IMG/VR virus record: IMGVR_UViG_3300017613_000561
Coordinates: 28,448-92,447 of that record
Reading direction: 5' to 3' (one strand)
Length of the DNA stretch: 64,000 nucleotides
Source of the DNA: a virus
Below the pieces are notes generated by a model. That model worked only from the letters and a program-made list of their open reading frames with translations, did no database searches and was not told where the DNA came from. Of this stretch, positions 63,639 through 64,000 are shown piece after piece; the stretch's first letter is position 1; every line of letters begins with the position of its first letter. The position numbers and the translations under genes are program-made.

Positions 63639-64000
63639 ATGCCTGAGGTAGTACAGACAACTCTGCAGCCGCACTTAAGTGCAGACTACTCGTCTGGAGG
63701 GTTGTCTTGGGCCTCGGATGGCAGGGCGGCAACCTTTCCGGCGCAGTATGTGCGGTTGTATGGCACGTATACGCATAAGCATACTACCTCGGGGTCTCTG
63801 GTCAGTGCTGGAGCAGAAACTGAGGCGATAGACACCTTCATGGCGTTTACCGGTGGTAGGGAAATATCCCTATCTCATGCTAATCCCTTGAGCCTTTCTT
63901 ACAGTAAGGTGGGGGATGCTTATGATTCAGATGGTAATGTGCTATCAGGGGTAGTGCTGTCTTACGATGCCACCAGTAATAAGATTATGTCCAACAAGGA
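63639..64000 (+). CDS. Tail-region protein, truncated by the window end (not in ORF track)
   Basis: ATG at 63639 after AAGGGGG; frame open to the end (MPEVVQTTLQPHLSADYS...). Confidence 0.6.
   Translation, partial: MPEVVQTTLQPHLSADYSSGGLSWASDGRAATFPAQYVRLYGTYTHKHTTSGSLVSAGAETEAIDTFMAFTGGREISLSHANPLSLSYSKVGDAYDSDGNVLSGVVLSYDATSNKIMSNK

Larger units (their letters stand above)
184..63682. repeat. Dispersed 12-bp palindrome GCACTTAAGTGC (at least 21 copies)
   Basis: Exact copies start at 868, 6715, 12006, 18624, 27911, 29438, 31752, 35764, 44120, 51000, 51072, 55037, 63671; one-mismatch copies at 184, 2212, 4245, 12030, 15664, 20694, 25738, 38412. Confidence 0.95.

Noticed and set aside
184-63682. 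GCACTTAAGTGC repeats or the 3121-3170 repeats as a CRISPR array
   Set aside because: The repeats are too short and are either kilobases apart or directly tandem, with no spacers
1-64000. Integrase, reverse transcriptase/DGR, transposase or lysis cassette
   Set aside because: No such motifs recognised in the window; they may lie outside it

Overview
This window is a 64-kb segment of a tailed dsDNA phage (siphovirus-like Caudoviricetes) with essentially all credible genes on the + strand. Order of modules: replication and recombination (HTH initiator, degenerate loader, DnaB, primase, SSB, SF2 helicase, RecA, PD-(D/E)XK nucleases, RuvC; 1-12 kb); a tightly overlapping amino-deoxysugar biosynthesis + glycosyltransferase + ParB-like + terminase block (16.7-25.7 kb); small accessory ORFs behind repeated sigma70-type promoter cassettes (26-37 kb); a truncated PPDK-like dikinase with two CX5R phosphatases (37-43 kb); family A DNA polymerase; portal and MuF; an ~830-nt gene-free structured unit with its own promoter and terminator and an embedded tRNA-Gln-like element (GOLLD-like ncRNA candidate, 50.1-51.0 kb); then head and tail genes, including a lambda-type GGGAAAG -1 frameshift. 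The strongest unexplained signal is the 12-bp palindrome GCACTTAAGTGC, found by eye in at least 13 exact and 8 one-mismatch copies spread along the whole window, inside and between genes. No integrase, lysis genes or CRISPR array were seen. All product calls come from motif recognition by eye; no searches were run, and start codons are estimates.
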